Made by a program: the position numbers and the translations under genes. The notes below the pieces were generated by a model, which did no database searches, was not told the DNA's origin, and worked only from the letters and a program-made list of their open reading frames with translations. From a virus: 64,000 nucleotides of DNA. Shown here in pieces: positions 20,345 through 30,426 of this stretch. Numbering within the stretch: position 1 is the first letter of the stretch; each line of letters starts with the position of its first letter. The stretch lies in IMG/VR virus record IMGVR_UViG_3300020204_000008; one strand, written 5' to 3'.

Positions 20345-20896
20345 TTAGTTAAAATCTAACTCGATATCAAAATCGAAATACACGAATTTAGCAGTAAAAG
20401 TCGTAAAGTCTGGAGTGGCAGAACTATATGAGAGCTTAAAACCGTCTTGACTCTTTAAAATCGGTCTCTTAAATATGATCGACGACACCAAGTATCCTTC
20501 ATTGTCTAGGAGAGAAAGTCTCATTGGAGAAAACGTAGGCTGGTTTTTATTATTAAAGTCCAAGTATTTTAGTGCGTTTTCTAAAAAGATAAAATAGTTT
20601 AGGTAGGCATCAGTCAGTTTAAAAGTTAGGGTAAACTCTCTAGTGAATAGGTCGACTACTTGCTTAGAGCTCTTGTATTCCTGTTGCTTACCGAATAGTC
20701 TAGTCTGAGTCGCAGGATCCATAGTCCAACCAGGAAAATCGATAGATTGTATCGTTGCTGACATAAACGCGTCAATAGTATCATACGGTAGGATCAAGCT
20801 CTGATAATACTTCTTGTACTTTTCCTTGATCTCAGGTGCAAAGAAATCAGGCGGAAAGTTAAATATGAATCCGTTTTGTCTTACGTTTAATAGCAT
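20345..20896 (-). CDS. Tail completion / tube terminator protein (T4 gp3-like)
   Basis: IQSIDFPG, FTLTFKLTD..LNY, LSLLDN, FTAKFVYFDFDIE parallel the gp3/tail-tube fold. Confidence 0.6.
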   Translation of the reverse strand: MLLNVRQNGFIFNFPPDFFAPEIKEKYKKYYQSLILPYDTIDAFMSATIQSIDFPGWTMDPATQTRLFGKQQEYKSSKQVVDLFTREFTLTFKLTDAYLNYFIFLENALKYLDFNNKNQPTFSPMRLSLLDNEGYLVSSIIFKRPILKSQDGFKLSYSSATPDFTTFTAKFVYFDFDIELDFN

Positions 20897-21175
20897 CTAT
20901 TTCTTTTTATTTCTTTTTGCCTTTTTAGCTCTTTGCCAGAGGGACTTATCTGCCTTCTGAGTGGTCTTTCCTCCGGTGATAAATGAATTTACTCGTGCCA
21001 TCGCCCATTGCTGCTGGGTGACCCCAGGGCGATGTCCAGTCCTCCAAGCCGCCATTCCTTTGTTATATACGGTTCGAAGTATGCCTAACGGAATTCCGCT
21101 AGCTTTGGCTTTATTCTTAAGAGCGGTCTCCGACTCATTAATTCTGTTATTCAACCACTGATTAAAATTTAACAT
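20897..21175 (-). CDS. Basic small protein with capsid-targeting-like N-terminus (DUF5824-like)
   Basis: Likely start MLNFNQWLNNRINESE; GMAAWRTGHRPG...QWAMARVNSF is a conserved viral motif. Confidence 0.65.
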   Translation of the reverse strand: MLNFNQWLNNRINESETALKNKAKASGIPLGILRTVYNKGMAAWRTGHRPGVTQQQWAMARVNSFITGGKTTQKADKSLWQRAKKAKRNKKK

Positions 21176-21176
21176 C

Positions 21177-21866
21177 TTATTTCTCTTTTTTTCCAAGCTG
21201 TCTCTTGACCTCTTCTCTTACTTTCTCCATCTTTTTAGCATAAGCCGGATCGTCCTTACGATTAAAGACGATCTGCTGGTTAAGGCTTCCTGTGATCTTG
21301 CGCATGTCTCCTCCTCTGGTCCTGATCAACCATGCAGCAAGTGCCTTGATTCCCAAGCTCTTAAACTTTCCCTTAGCGTCTGGTGCATCCGAATCGTGCC
21401 AGTCTGGAGCACCCTTGGGTTTTTTACCCTCAGATACTTCGTCCTCGTTCTTAGCTTGCCAATCTGCAGATACTTTATCATCTAGGATAGGTCCGCCTGA
21501 TGCCCAAGTATAACAGGTTCTAGCAGAATGACACTTAAAGTGGTGCATCCAACAGTAACCCAAACGACCGTCGGGATCCGATACTTCGCCTGGCATGCAG
21601 GCTTCCATTCTTGGAGAGATATCGAAGGCCACACAATTACTGCAATTAGATTCCTTAGCTACTTCAGGTTCAGTATTCCATTTCTTAGCATATCTGATCC
21701 AGTATTCATCATCATTTAGGTTTAGCGGGCCATATTGAATATACTCCGCCTCAATTGCCTTATCTCTGTTTTGAGTGTTTAACTCTAGGTTTTGAGTCGC
21801 CATTGGACAAGAACCGTTCTCCTTTTCAAGAATTAAGTATTGTCGATAGTTTAATAGGTTTTTCAT
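21177..21866 (-). CDS. Cys/His-rich protein with capsid-targeting-like N-terminus
   Basis: MKNLLNYRQYLILE; CSNC...GYCWMHHFKC...RTC metal-binding pattern. Confidence 0.65.
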   Translation of the reverse strand: MKNLLNYRQYLILEKENGSCPMATQNLELNTQNRDKAIEAEYIQYGPLNLNDDEYWIRYAKKWNTEPEVAKESNCSNCVAFDISPRMEACMPGEVSDPDGRLGYCWMHHFKCHSARTCYTWASGGPILDDKVSADWQAKNEDEVSEGKKPKGAPDWHDSDAPDAKGKFKSLGIKALAAWLIRTRGGDMRKITGSLNQQIVFNRKDDPAYAKKMEKVREEVKRQLGKKEK

Positions 21867-22279
21867 TTTTTACCGAATTTTTTTTGATAGGCTAGCGTGT
21901 ATTTACTAGGTTTAGTTTTGTATCGTTTGCCCGATTTTGAATAGTCTGCTTTCCAGCCACCGTCCGGATAACTAGTATATGCACTAGCATCATTGTCACT
22001 CTTTTTAGCGTGTTTCTTGATCTCACTCTTCATCTCCCTAGAATCTCGAGTCAAGTATACGGGATTTACTTTTTCCTTTTTTCTCTCGTTCACGAATTGA
22101 GAATAGGTCAAGATCTTGGACTCATTCTTGGAGATCTCGATAGCTTGTAATTGGTCGACTGCCTTTTCTCGAGTAGGGTGAGTTCCAAGTAACTTACGCT
22201 TACCGTTCACCTTCTTTTTAGAATAGACTTTCCACACATTACCTGACTTTTCTATGGTCTCATTTATCGAATCCATCAC
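21863..22279 (-). CDS. Basic two-module protein with an internal capsid-targeting-like peptide
   Basis: LLGTHPTREKAVDQLQAIE domain, then KILTYSQFVNE. Confidence 0.6.
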   Translation of the reverse strand: MMDSINETIEKSGNVWKVYSKKKVNGKRKLLGTHPTREKAVDQLQAIEISKNESKILTYSQFVNERKKEKVNPVYLTRDSREMKSEIKKHAKKSDNDASAYTSYPDGGWKADYSKSGKRYKTKPSKYTLAYQKKFGKK

Positions 22280-22541
22280 CCTTTATTATTTTTACCTTTA
22301 ATGTTCCAGTTCCCCGAATCACCCTGTGCCACTGACCTCTCTCGATAAAAACTGTCGAGTTTAGGCTTTGCGGTAACTTATTCTCCAATTGAATCTTCCA
22401 ATCAGTAGACTCAATTGCTAGTATCGCTCTGTCCTCGTCGTCTCGATGCCAAGTAAACTCTGTGATAGTTGTATCTTGTGAAAATTCACGTATATAAGTA
22501 TCACTAGATATTTGAGTCTCTTCGAATAGTAATTGCTTCAT
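22260..22541 (-). CDS. Small cupin-like protein
   Basis: WHRDDEDR and FIERGQWHRVIRGTG cupin-type motifs. Confidence 0.6.
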   Translation of the reverse strand: MKQLLFEETQISSDTYIREFSQDTTITEFTWHRDDEDRAILAIESTDWKIQLENKLPQSLNSTVFIERGQWHRVIRGTGTLKVKIIKGDGFDK

Positions 22542-22558
22542 GCTATTTTATTTTTAAA

Positions 22559-23158
22559 TCACAGACCAGCAACAGCTGGAACGTTAGTTTCCATGTGACC
22601 CGTCTTTTTCTTTGCCTCACCTGCACTCTTCGCAATTGCATCTCTAGCGATCTTATTATCTGCACCAAAATCAGTATAATAATATTTTACTTTCGATGAA
22701 TTATTTTTAGTAAACTCTTGATAAAAAGAAGATACTTCAGAATTTCCCATCCAAATATCAACTAATAAGACTTTAGAAAAGTCAGAGGCTCTATTCTTTA
22801 ATAGGGACCTGCCTGGACGATATCCTCCAGAAAATAGATACAGGACCTTTGATGATGGTTTAATTCCATATTTTTCAAGTTGAGTGAGCACGTTTTTATA
22901 AGTTGACTCTCCATCTACTTGATGACTAGATGCAACGAATATGTGATACTTGTTTTTTAATTTATCCACATAGTCCCACATGTAGTCTCCGCTCGGTCTT
23001 CCACCAACGCGTATTCCGCCATAGACTATGAGTAGAGGAGCCGTCTTGTTTTTACAAAACAGGATTTTTCCACCGGAGATAACGGTTTTTTCAGTAGGCA
23101 TGGACTCAACTTGAGTCGCATCCTCAAATAATTGTTGATAAGTTAATAGATGCTTCAT
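22559..23158 (-). CDS. Alpha/beta-hydrolase-like protein with capsid-targeting-like N-terminus
   Basis: Likely start MKHLLTYQQLFE at 23158 (TAATG overlap); LIVYGG, YLFSGG elbow, LLVD, C-terminal GH. Confidence 0.5.
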   Translation of the reverse strand: MKHLLTYQQLFEDATQVESMPTEKTVISGGKILFCKNKTAPLLIVYGGIRVGGRPSGDYMWDYVDKLKNKYHIFVASSHQVDGESTYKNVLTQLEKYGIKPSSKVLYLFSGGYRPGRSLLKNRASDFSKVLLVDIWMGNSEVSSFYQEFTKNNSSKVKYYYTDFGADNKIARDAIAKSAGEAKKKTGHMETNVPAVAGL

Positions 23159-23730
23159 TACCAAAATCCAGGATAAGTTTTTCCGCCCCAAAGGTGAGCG
23201 TAGCGGTTGATGCGGCAAGCCCAATAGCCAGCCTTAGTCCGGTCCTTCTTCTCAGCACAGTTGTGTCGAGCAGCAAAGGACTTTCTGGCTTTTGGATTGG
23301 ACACTTTTGCTGTGAGTCCTCCATGCACATCACCAAACGCGATCTTAATTATTTTTTTTGTTTTAGGGTTTCTCACGTAAACGTGATACTTTTTAGTACC
23401 TCCTCTCATGGGATAGCCCAATCTAGGTGACTTTTCCTCATTAAGATCCAATACCTCAAGAGGAAGGTCTAATGGAACCGCGTGACCGTTAAATATTCCA
23501 GTAAGACCAAGATCAGTGGACTCAAAGAGTTGGCGATCGTGATCACCCAATATAAGTAGGCCAGCATAAAACTTTTGTCTAGCTTCAGTGAGTAGTTCAA
23601 GGTGAGCGTCTGAACCCGGTCGAAAAACTGATTCAGCAATGCTGATATCTCGATCAATATGATACTTTAAGCTCTCTGAGATAGCTGACTCACCAATAAA
23701 TTGAGTAAAACTTTTTATTCTAGCTTCCAT
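23158..23730 (-). CDS. Phage protein with capsid-targeting-like N-terminus and basic C-terminal domain (DUF6321-like)
   Basis: MEARIKSFTQFIGES; YVRNPK...FGD...ARKSFAARHNC...AGYWAC. Confidence 0.65.
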   Translation of the reverse strand: MEARIKSFTQFIGESAISESLKYHIDRDISIAESVFRPGSDAHLELLTEARQKFYAGLLILGDHDRQLFESTDLGLTGIFNGHAVPLDLPLEVLDLNEEKSPRLGYPMRGGTKKYHVYVRNPKTKKIIKIAFGDVHGGLTAKVSNPKARKSFAARHNCAEKKDRTKAGYWACRINRYAHLWGGKTYPGFW

Positions 23731-23751
23731 ATTAGTTATTTATCTCTAAAA

Positions 23752-24537
23752 TTATTCAGACGGAGGATAATCTTGATCGATCCAACTATCACTAATAGTT
23801 GAACGGTCGTCTCCAGTAGTCTCACGAAGATTAAACTGCTTGATCGTGTTTCCTTTGTATATCTTAGAATGGTCATCAAAACTTGGAAAATAGGTCTCCA
23901 TGTTTAAGTCTAGGGATATGCTTACGATATTTGCATCGCTGTAGACAAAACTGTAACTCTTAGTGAATTGTGCAGTCTCAGGAAAGGTGATCTGTGCAGG
24001 TACCCTAATTCCTCTAAACTGGAAGTATCTTACTTGATTCTTATAGTAGAAATCAAAGATCTTTTCCATGATCTTAAAGGTCTTGTTGATGTTATCACTC
24101 TCGATCTTGATGTTATAGGTAAGAGCCATCGGTAGGGTAAAGAGTCTAGCCGAAAATGCCTTTAGCATCTTTTGATCGTTCTCATCCCTGACCTCCTGAT
24201 TAAAGCTACCCCGGACAAACTTGTTGGTATTATCTGACGGTTTAATGCTAAATGAGGAAAGGGTGACTACTCCCCGTGGCATCTGTTCATAGTTGCCCTC
24301 TGCATGATTGGGATACTTACAATCAGTCGGCAGGTCGATAAAAAAGTCTTTCATGAATCCCTCGTCTCCTCCAAAATTGTAGAAGAATGGAATCTCATAC
24401 TGCTCGACTTTATCGTTTCGTTTAAGATCAATGACTACTTGTCGATTTAGAAGATCAAGCATGGAAAGGGTAGCGTTTCTAAGAAATATGTCTTGAACGT
24501 TCTCGTTTCTGATGTTTTCGTTATTTGATATTTTCAT
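23752..24537 (-). CDS. Tail sheath stabilizer / terminator (T4 gp15-like)
   Basis: FLRN...IPFFY...MPRG...PMALTYNI...KIMEKIFDFY pattern; adjacent to the gp14-like gene. Confidence 0.65.
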   Translation of the reverse strand: MKISNNENIRNENVQDIFLRNATLSMLDLLNRQVVIDLKRNDKVEQYEIPFFYNFGGDEGFMKDFFIDLPTDCKYPNHAEGNYEQMPRGVVTLSSFSIKPSDNTNKFVRGSFNQEVRDENDQKMLKAFSARLFTLPMALTYNIKIESDNINKTFKIMEKIFDFYYKNQVRYFQFRGIRVPAQITFPETAQFTKSYSFVYSDANIVSISLDLNMETYFPSFDDHSKIYKGNTIKQFNLRETTGDDRSTISDSWIDQDYPPSE

Positions 24538-24540
24538 GGG

Positions 24541-26685
24541 TTATCTGTTTTTAGCGATGTATGGTAGGTTAGTTTGAGGACGACAGTTATCGATCAAGAC
24601 TAACATCGATTCGTCCTTTAGAAACTGTTGGCTTAGGATAAAATCATGCTCTTCCTCCCTCAACATGGTGTTAAATATTCTGATATTTGTGATCAGGATC
24701 TTGGAACTAGGTAAGGTATAGTTTTGGGTCAAGTCAAATGTCTGTTGAGTGAATGAAGAAGTATTTGCTAAGATCCTAACAAAATCGTTGTGATTGATGA
24801 TGTCACTAGGGTCCTCCTTGATCTTGTATACGTAGGCGCCACACTGTAAAAACTCATTAGACATTGAGATCACCATCGCGTGCCAAGAATCGCTCACAAA
24901 GTTGGTGATAGTATAGGTTTTTACTAAACTATTCACTATGACTGTGATCACCAGGTCTCCTTCAGGTAGCGTTGAAGTATATCGAGTAAAGGCGGCAGTT
25001 ATCCTTACTCCCTTTGAATCAAGGTTATCGTACCCATCGATAAAGCGGATTGAGTCTGACGTGCTTGGAACATTGAATAGACAAGTAAAGCTTAAGTTTT
25101 GATTCTCTGTCAGATCAAACTTGGGTTGAGCGTTGTAGATGATGGCCGTGTTTCTAATCCTAAATTGTGCGGTCGGGACGGGTCCAGTATTATCAAATAG
25201 TATGTTCTTTTGGGTCTTAAGGCTTATGTCTCGATATGCCTCAATCCGAAGGTATCGACCCTCATCGTTGGTGCCGACGTGATTTGGAATAGAATCAAAC
25301 GGTCCTCTAACCCTGATATATCGAGTAGTGAGGCCGCTAACATTTTTGTCAGAGCTAATCAGACCTCCGTTTTTCCAAGTCAAGTAGAGATCGCTCTCCT
25401 GATATGCCAAGATCACTTGTGTGGCTGAGGTAGGTACGCCGTCCAGTCCAGGTAGGTTAAATACTTGCTGAGTGGTTGCGAGTACTGGCGAGTCATTCGT
25501 TAAGCTAACAGTAAGATCAGTCGGCAGTATCGCACCTAAATCATAATAGTTTTCGATCAGCGGAGCAAAGTTATACGTATATTTCAGAGGTCGTTGAATC
25601 AGATCAGGATGTAGGGATTTTCTGGCAGAGTCAAAGGTAGTTGTGATCTTTTTATACTGCTCTGGCATGGTCGCATCCTTAATGTCCTTTTTCACCTCAT
25701 CTCCAAATAGGTTTTCTGCGCTAAGTATCACGTTATCTAGGAAAGTTCGAGTATCGTCTGTGAGTAACATGTCGATGTTTGGGTTGTACTTCTTAAGTTG
25801 CACCTTCCAAAAGGTGGGAGCCATCATGAATCCACGATGTAGGTAAGATCCCTGGATCTCAAACATCCTGTTCAGGAGAGGAAAGTAGAGAAAATCCCGT
25901 TTACGAGGTTCAGAATTGACACCAAAGATCGATTGAAAATACTTATGATCGATTTCCACCTCAAACGGTAACTGAAAATCGATACCGAACTCTGTGTATT
26001 TTGGAACGTTGTCCGGAAAGGCATTGTCTTTTACCATCACCTTGATACACTTACGATCCACGTTTTTATAAAGAGTCCATTCTTTAAAAACATAGTCACC
26101 GCTGTCTGATTCCGGAAGCGTCCTAAAGTATACTACTTGGTGGCCGTATAATTGGTTAGTAAAGAATGAGAGCTCTTGGAACATGCCGATTGCACTATCG
26201 ACGTTGTATGGCCTAAAGCTAGGATCCCTATTTTGAATGATTGATGTACACATCTCATCGCTACAGATTACCTGTGGAGCATAAACGTTAGCCACTTGAG
26301 CAGCCTGTCTAAACCTAAGCTTGACCTCATTGATCTCGATCGGAGTGGACATAAAATCAGAAGTTCCATCATCATATTCGTATTTTACTTCAAAGTAGAA
26401 CTCATCATGCTCATCCAATAGAATACTCGCAGCGTCGCCAAGGTCTCCAGGTTCTACCTCATACCAAAGTGACCAGTCGAGCCTATTTCTAGAATACCTA
26501 AACTTTCTGCTTAAGTCATTTAGGTCCAATGTGTTTGGTACATCGATCACTAGGTCTTCAATAAAATCGGTGAACTCTATTATTCCTGACACAGGTTCAG
26601 TTGTAGAAAATATCCTAAAGTTCTTGCTAAAGGTCAAAGAATTATTTTGAGGATCTATTAATAGCTTGACGGTGGTCTTAACCAT
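24541..26685 (-). CDS. Neck / head-closure protein containing a T4 gp14-like domain plus extensions
   Basis: YGHQVVYFR, FGIDF, EPRKRDFLYFPLLNRMFEI. Confidence 0.65.
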   Translation of the reverse strand: MVKTTVKLLIDPQNNSLTFSKNFRIFSTTEPVSGIIEFTDFIEDLVIDVPNTLDLNDLSRKFRYSRNRLDWSLWYEVEPGDLGDAASILLDEHDEFYFEVKYEYDDGTSDFMSTPIEINEVKLRFRQAAQVANVYAPQVICSDEMCTSIIQNRDPSFRPYNVDSAIGMFQELSFFTNQLYGHQVVYFRTLPESDSGDYVFKEWTLYKNVDRKCIKVMVKDNAFPDNVPKYTEFGIDFQLPFEVEIDHKYFQSIFGVNSEPRKRDFLYFPLLNRMFEIQGSYLHRGFMMAPTFWKVQLKKYNPNIDMLLTDDTRTFLDNVILSAENLFGDEVKKDIKDATMPEQYKKITTTFDSARKSLHPDLIQRPLKYTYNFAPLIENYYDLGAILPTDLTVSLTNDSPVLATTQQVFNLPGLDGVPTSATQVILAYQESDLYLTWKNGGLISSDKNVSGLTTRYIRVRGPFDSIPNHVGTNDEGRYLRIEAYRDISLKTQKNILFDNTGPVPTAQFRIRNTAIIYNAQPKFDLTENQNLSFTCLFNVPSTSDSIRFIDGYDNLDSKGVRITAAFTRYTSTLPEGDLVITVIVNSLVKTYTITNFVSDSWHAMVISMSNEFLQCGAYVYKIKEDPSDIINHNDFVRILANTSSFTQQTFDLTQNYTLPSSKILITNIRIFNTMLREEEHDFILSQQFLKDESMLVLIDNCRPQTNLPYIAKNR

Positions 26686-26705
26686 TGTGGGTAGCGTGTT
26701 TAGTT

Positions 26706-26760
26706 TATTTATTTTAATTTTTTACTTAAACTAGTATTGGATTTTGAGTAAAAATAAATA
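26706..26760. promoter_or_regulatory. Divergent gp55-type late promoters
   Basis: ATAAATA on minus (26706-26712) and plus (26754-26760). Confidence 0.6.
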
Positions 26761-26777
26761 ATAAAAAGAGAAGAGCC

Positions 26778-27578
26778 TTGAAAAAAAAACAGATCTTGGA
26801 CCCACTATGGCTGACGAAAGGATCGTACTTGGATCCTGAGTACTTTAACTATGTGCTGCTTGCGGCAGGCCAAAGGTATCGTCATGACATCGAGGAAGGA
26901 AACCTAGAACACTTTTATGAGCTCTTTTTCCACAGCTTAAACCTAAATACCTTGGCATTAGAGGGTAACTTGCGAGATTTTAAGATGCACCCGGCCCTGA
27001 AGGGAGAACGAATCAAACAGATCACGGCTGAACTTAAACAAGTATTCACCAAAAAGGCTGAGATTGTTGAGATCTTTAGAAACGCAAATTACGTTTTCTT
27101 GAATCTTATCCTAGATTACATGGACATACAGCTAGATGTGATGGACAACGTTGATTTCTTTTACATGAATGAAATGATTCATGAGCAGTCTGAAATCTTC
27201 ATAGTAATCAACCAGATCGGAAGTAAAAAGTATTCTATCTGGAAGTTAACCATGGATCGTAAAAAGGACTTGGGTTACTCCCTTAAGAAGATAAAGACAA
27301 TAACTATCCAAGAAGTAAAAGAAAAAGCTCTTAGAGAGGCACTAGATAGGCTTCAGGATCCTGAATTAGAGAAGATGAAGGAACATAAGAATATTTGCTT
27401 TGCTGTCTTAGAGGGACCTCCTGAAAAGATGGTAGCCAATGTGCTTAAAGACACTATTCTCCTAAACAAAGGAATCGCTAAGGGTATTAAATTTGAGCCC
27501 ACCATCATTAATGAGATGCACGGATTACTGGTCTCAGAGAGACTCATGCCGTTTACCCTAAACCAGTGGATCTATTAA
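26778..27578 (+). CDS. Hypothetical late protein
   Basis: 266-aa ORF with TTG start; ATAAATA at 26754-26760. Confidence 0.6.
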   Translation: MKKKQILDPLWLTKGSYLDPEYFNYVLLAAGQRYRHDIEEGNLEHFYELFFHSLNLNTLALEGNLRDFKMHPALKGERIKQITAELKQVFTKKAEIVEIFRNANYVFLNLILDYMDIQLDVMDNVDFFYMNEMIHEQSEIFIVINQIGSKKYSIWKLTMDRKKDLGYSLKKIKTITIQEVKEKALREALDRLQDPELEKMKEHKNICFAVLEGPPEKMVANVLKDTILLNKGIAKGIKFEPTIINEMHGLLVSERLMPFTLNQWIY

Positions 27579-27895
27579 ATATCGTCCTCTACCGATAGCT
27601 CAGACTCGATAAGTTTGGCTTTTACTTTAGAATAAGCGAAAGCAAAAATTGAGCTTTCGGTAAACTCTTCAAATTCAGGTGAACCCGTCTCAATCGGAAA
27701 AAATATGCTAGCGAAGAGTTTTCTACACAATACAGTAAGGTTAGGATCAAGATCTCTAGCTTCTCTATCTAGGTAGTTATTTAGTTTTACTGAGATTCCC
27801 TTACCTCTTTTAAAATCGACAGATTCGATATTTACATAGATTTCGTTAGACGGTCCAGCGTCTGTGTAAAGTTCAGTAGTGATTGTTAGTCCCAT
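27575..27895 (-). CDS. Small protein downstream of the tail fibre (possible fibre chaperone)
   Basis: 106 aa, position after the collagen-containing fibre gene. Confidence 0.5.
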   Translation of the reverse strand: MGLTITTELYTDAGPSNEIYVNIESVDFKRGKGISVKLNNYLDREARDLDPNLTVLCRKLFASIFFPIETGSPEFEEFTESSIFAFAYSKVKAKLIESELSVEDDI

Positions 27896-27911
27896 TTTAT
27901 AATTTTTATTT

Positions 27912-30425
27912 TTATATGAATTCAGTTAGCGTAAAATTAAAACATATCATAGTTTGAGTATCCCATGAAAGAGCATCGACATTAGTGAATAGTATTGTGC
28001 TTGAAGTTGAACCTAAGATAACCCAAGAAACTACACCAAATCGTTCTGTAAGTCCAGGATAAGTACCGCCTTCTCGTAATTGTACTTGCATCGAACTTGT
28101 ACTCACATTAATTGAAGGATGATTTAGAGCAAGCTGCGCTCTAGTATAAGGAGGCCCACTGCCAGAAGATCCACTAAAAGCATAACTTACTGAAAAGCCA
28201 GTAGGTAACGTATCCAAATCAATAAAGTATGCTCCTAAATGAATGTTATGATTGAATCCGAATCTAATAAGTCCATGCCAAACGTTTTTAACGTATTGTG
28301 TGCTTGCATTATCGTCATTGATTGAGACGGAACCGTTAAACCTAGACGCACCTTCTGCGTAGTTATCAGTTGCACCAACTACATGATAACCATACGTTTT
28401 TCCTCCAGCCGGGCGAGCTGTTCCCATTGTGATTTTAGAACCATATGAAGCATTAGGATGGAGTAAGCCGGTCGTATTTACATTAATTAGCTGACCAACA
28501 AGATCACTAGATGGTGAACTTGTTGAATTTACTTGTATGCTGGTTACGCTACCGTAAGTTATGCCTTGAGCATTAGCAAGAGGTTGCTCAATTGTTGTCT
28601 GGGTACCTCGAATTTCAGTAGTAGCATTCGGTAAATAATCAGTGATCTCTATTTGATTACCTCTAATTGTTCCTCCACTTCCCGAACTTAAATCTGGTGC
28701 AAGTTGAAAATAATTACCAAATACTTGTCTACTTGATCCAAGAAAATCCGAAGAACTATCTAGCTGTATCCTATTTCCATAGAAATTTCCATTATGTGAT
28801 ATGTTGGTAGCTAAAGTTAAATCTAAATCTATTCCTGTAAAATTTCCATTGATAGTTGATGTGCCAGTAAAAGAGGTTGAGCTTCCTTTAAAACTGCTCA
28901 TGGTATTAGTTCCAGTAAACTGAAGGTTATTACCTGTAAAAAGACTCATCTTATTCGTTCCAGAAAATGCACTACTTTGTAAAACAACAGCTGGTGTGTG
29001 CGCTGAAAAAAGATCATTGATTGTGGTGGCATTGACTGCAAGAAAACCAATGGATCCAAAAGAAAGATTATCAAGCTGAGAAAGAGAAACTATTTTTAGT
29101 GCAGCAGAGCCAGTTTCGTAAATGTGATGAGTTGTATTAGCATCTGGTGTAGCTATCCCTATTCCTACTTTACCCTCAACGATCAGTCCATTTGCTGGAG
29201 CAGTCAGGTCCTCAAATCCTGAACCGATTGCTAGCCCGTCTACTACGTTAGCATCACCATTGATGAATGCTCCTTTATTAAGAAGAATCACACCGTCTAC
29301 GCCAGAGTTTGAATCTAACATAAGATGATTCTTGCCGCTAAGCTTAGCGTTTAAGCTTGAATAGTCTAGAGCCAAACCTAGAGTCGCATTGATAGATGAA
29401 TTAGTAGTCGAAACATGAATACCGTCGGCTACGATATGCGTGTGAGCTGGACTACGCTCGACAATGGCGTCAGCCGATGCTAACACTACCGATAACTCTT
29501 CTCTTATTGGAGACATGCCCTCATTATTCCACTTAGGAAATAGGAACTCAAACGCTCCATTCTGATCGATGTCTAAAATAGATTGGCTCTCAGTATAGGA
29601 TAGAGAAAATCTTGCAGTATTGATCCATGAATTGGTCGCCGGTAAATACGGAGGTAATATCGGATCGATATATTGTTTGTAAAACTTTACCTTTAGGTTA
29701 TGTTTAAGGTCGCTGTATTTAATGGTACCGATCGGAATCACGTCGTTGTCCATATAGAGAGAACCGAGTTCAAGATGATATCGACCGGTCTGTGCCTTTC
29801 CTGAAAGCTGAGTATCTTCGTGTGCAGGAACAATGGATAATAAAGAATTGTACTGAGATTGACCTAAGGTCGGATAAAGCAGATCCGCTTCATCAAAATT
29901 ATTTAAGAACAATATATTATTTAACGAAGTATTTGCCGCTCCTCTAGTAGTATCGACTAGCGAGTTATCACGTTTATCAAATAGGATAAACTTATTAACG
30001 GCAGTTGAACCAGGATTCTGGGTAGTAGTGACTGTCTCAAATGGAACGGACGATAAGCTAGTAAGATATGCGTTTACGATGGCTGCAATGCTTACGACTT
30101 GTGTCCAAATACTGGTTCCATCATCGTATTTCCACACTTGAAAGACGTTGGACGTCTGATCAAGATAGAGATCGCCATCGATCAATCCGGTAAAAGTAAG
30201 AGTGTTTGGATCTCCAGAATCAACCCACCAAGTAGCTCCACGATCTCCTTGCGGACCGAGCAGTCCGACTGGTCCGGCTGGACCCTGTGGGCCAGTTAGT
30301 CCGATTGGGCCAGGCGAACCTACTCCAAGCTCAAGTAATTTATTATAATTGAAGTTTAACTTATCAACTAGTATTTCTTGAGGGTCTGATGAAAATATTT
30401 CCTTTAGGTTTATTCTAATTGGCAT
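27912..30425 (-). CDS. Tail fibre-like protein with collagen-like Gly-X-Y repeat
   Basis: GSPGPIGLTGPQGPAGPVGLLGPQGDRG, GDLYLD, GKVGIGIATP; S/T/G-rich beta C-terminus. Confidence 0.7.
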   Translation of the reverse strand: MPIRINLKEIFSSDPQEILVDKLNFNYNKLLELGVGSPGPIGLTGPQGPAGPVGLLGPQGDRGATWWVDSGDPNTLTFTGLIDGDLYLDQTSNVFQVWKYDDGTSIWTQVVSIAAIVNAYLTSLSSVPFETVTTTQNPGSTAVNKFILFDKRDNSLVDTTRGAANTSLNNILFLNNFDEADLLYPTLGQSQYNSLLSIVPAHEDTQLSGKAQTGRYHLELGSLYMDNDVIPIGTIKYSDLKHNLKVKFYKQYIDPILPPYLPATNSWINTARFSLSYTESQSILDIDQNGAFEFLFPKWNNEGMSPIREELSVVLASADAIVERSPAHTHIVADGIHVSTTNSSINATLGLALDYSSLNAKLSGKNHLMLDSNSGVDGVILLNKGAFINGDANVVDGLAIGSGFEDLTAPANGLIVEGKVGIGIATPDANTTHHIYETGSAALKIVSLSQLDNLSFGSIGFLAVNATTINDLFSAHTPAVVLQSSAFSGTNKMSLFTGNNLQFTGTNTMSSFKGSSTSFTGTSTINGNFTGIDLDLTLATNISHNGNFYGNRIQLDSSSDFLGSSRQVFGNYFQLAPDLSSGSGGTIRGNQIEITDYLPNATTEIRGTQTTIEQPLANAQGITYGSVTSIQVNSTSSPSSDLVGQLINVNTTGLLHPNASYGSKITMGTARPAGGKTYGYHVVGATDNYAEGASRFNGSVSINDDNASTQYVKNVWHGLIRFGFNHNIHLGAYFIDLDTLPTGFSVSYAFSGSSGSGPPYTRAQLALNHPSINVSTSSMQVQLREGGTYPGLTERFGVVSWVILGSTSSTILFTNVDALSWDTQTMICFNFTLTEFI

Positions 30426-30426
30426 A

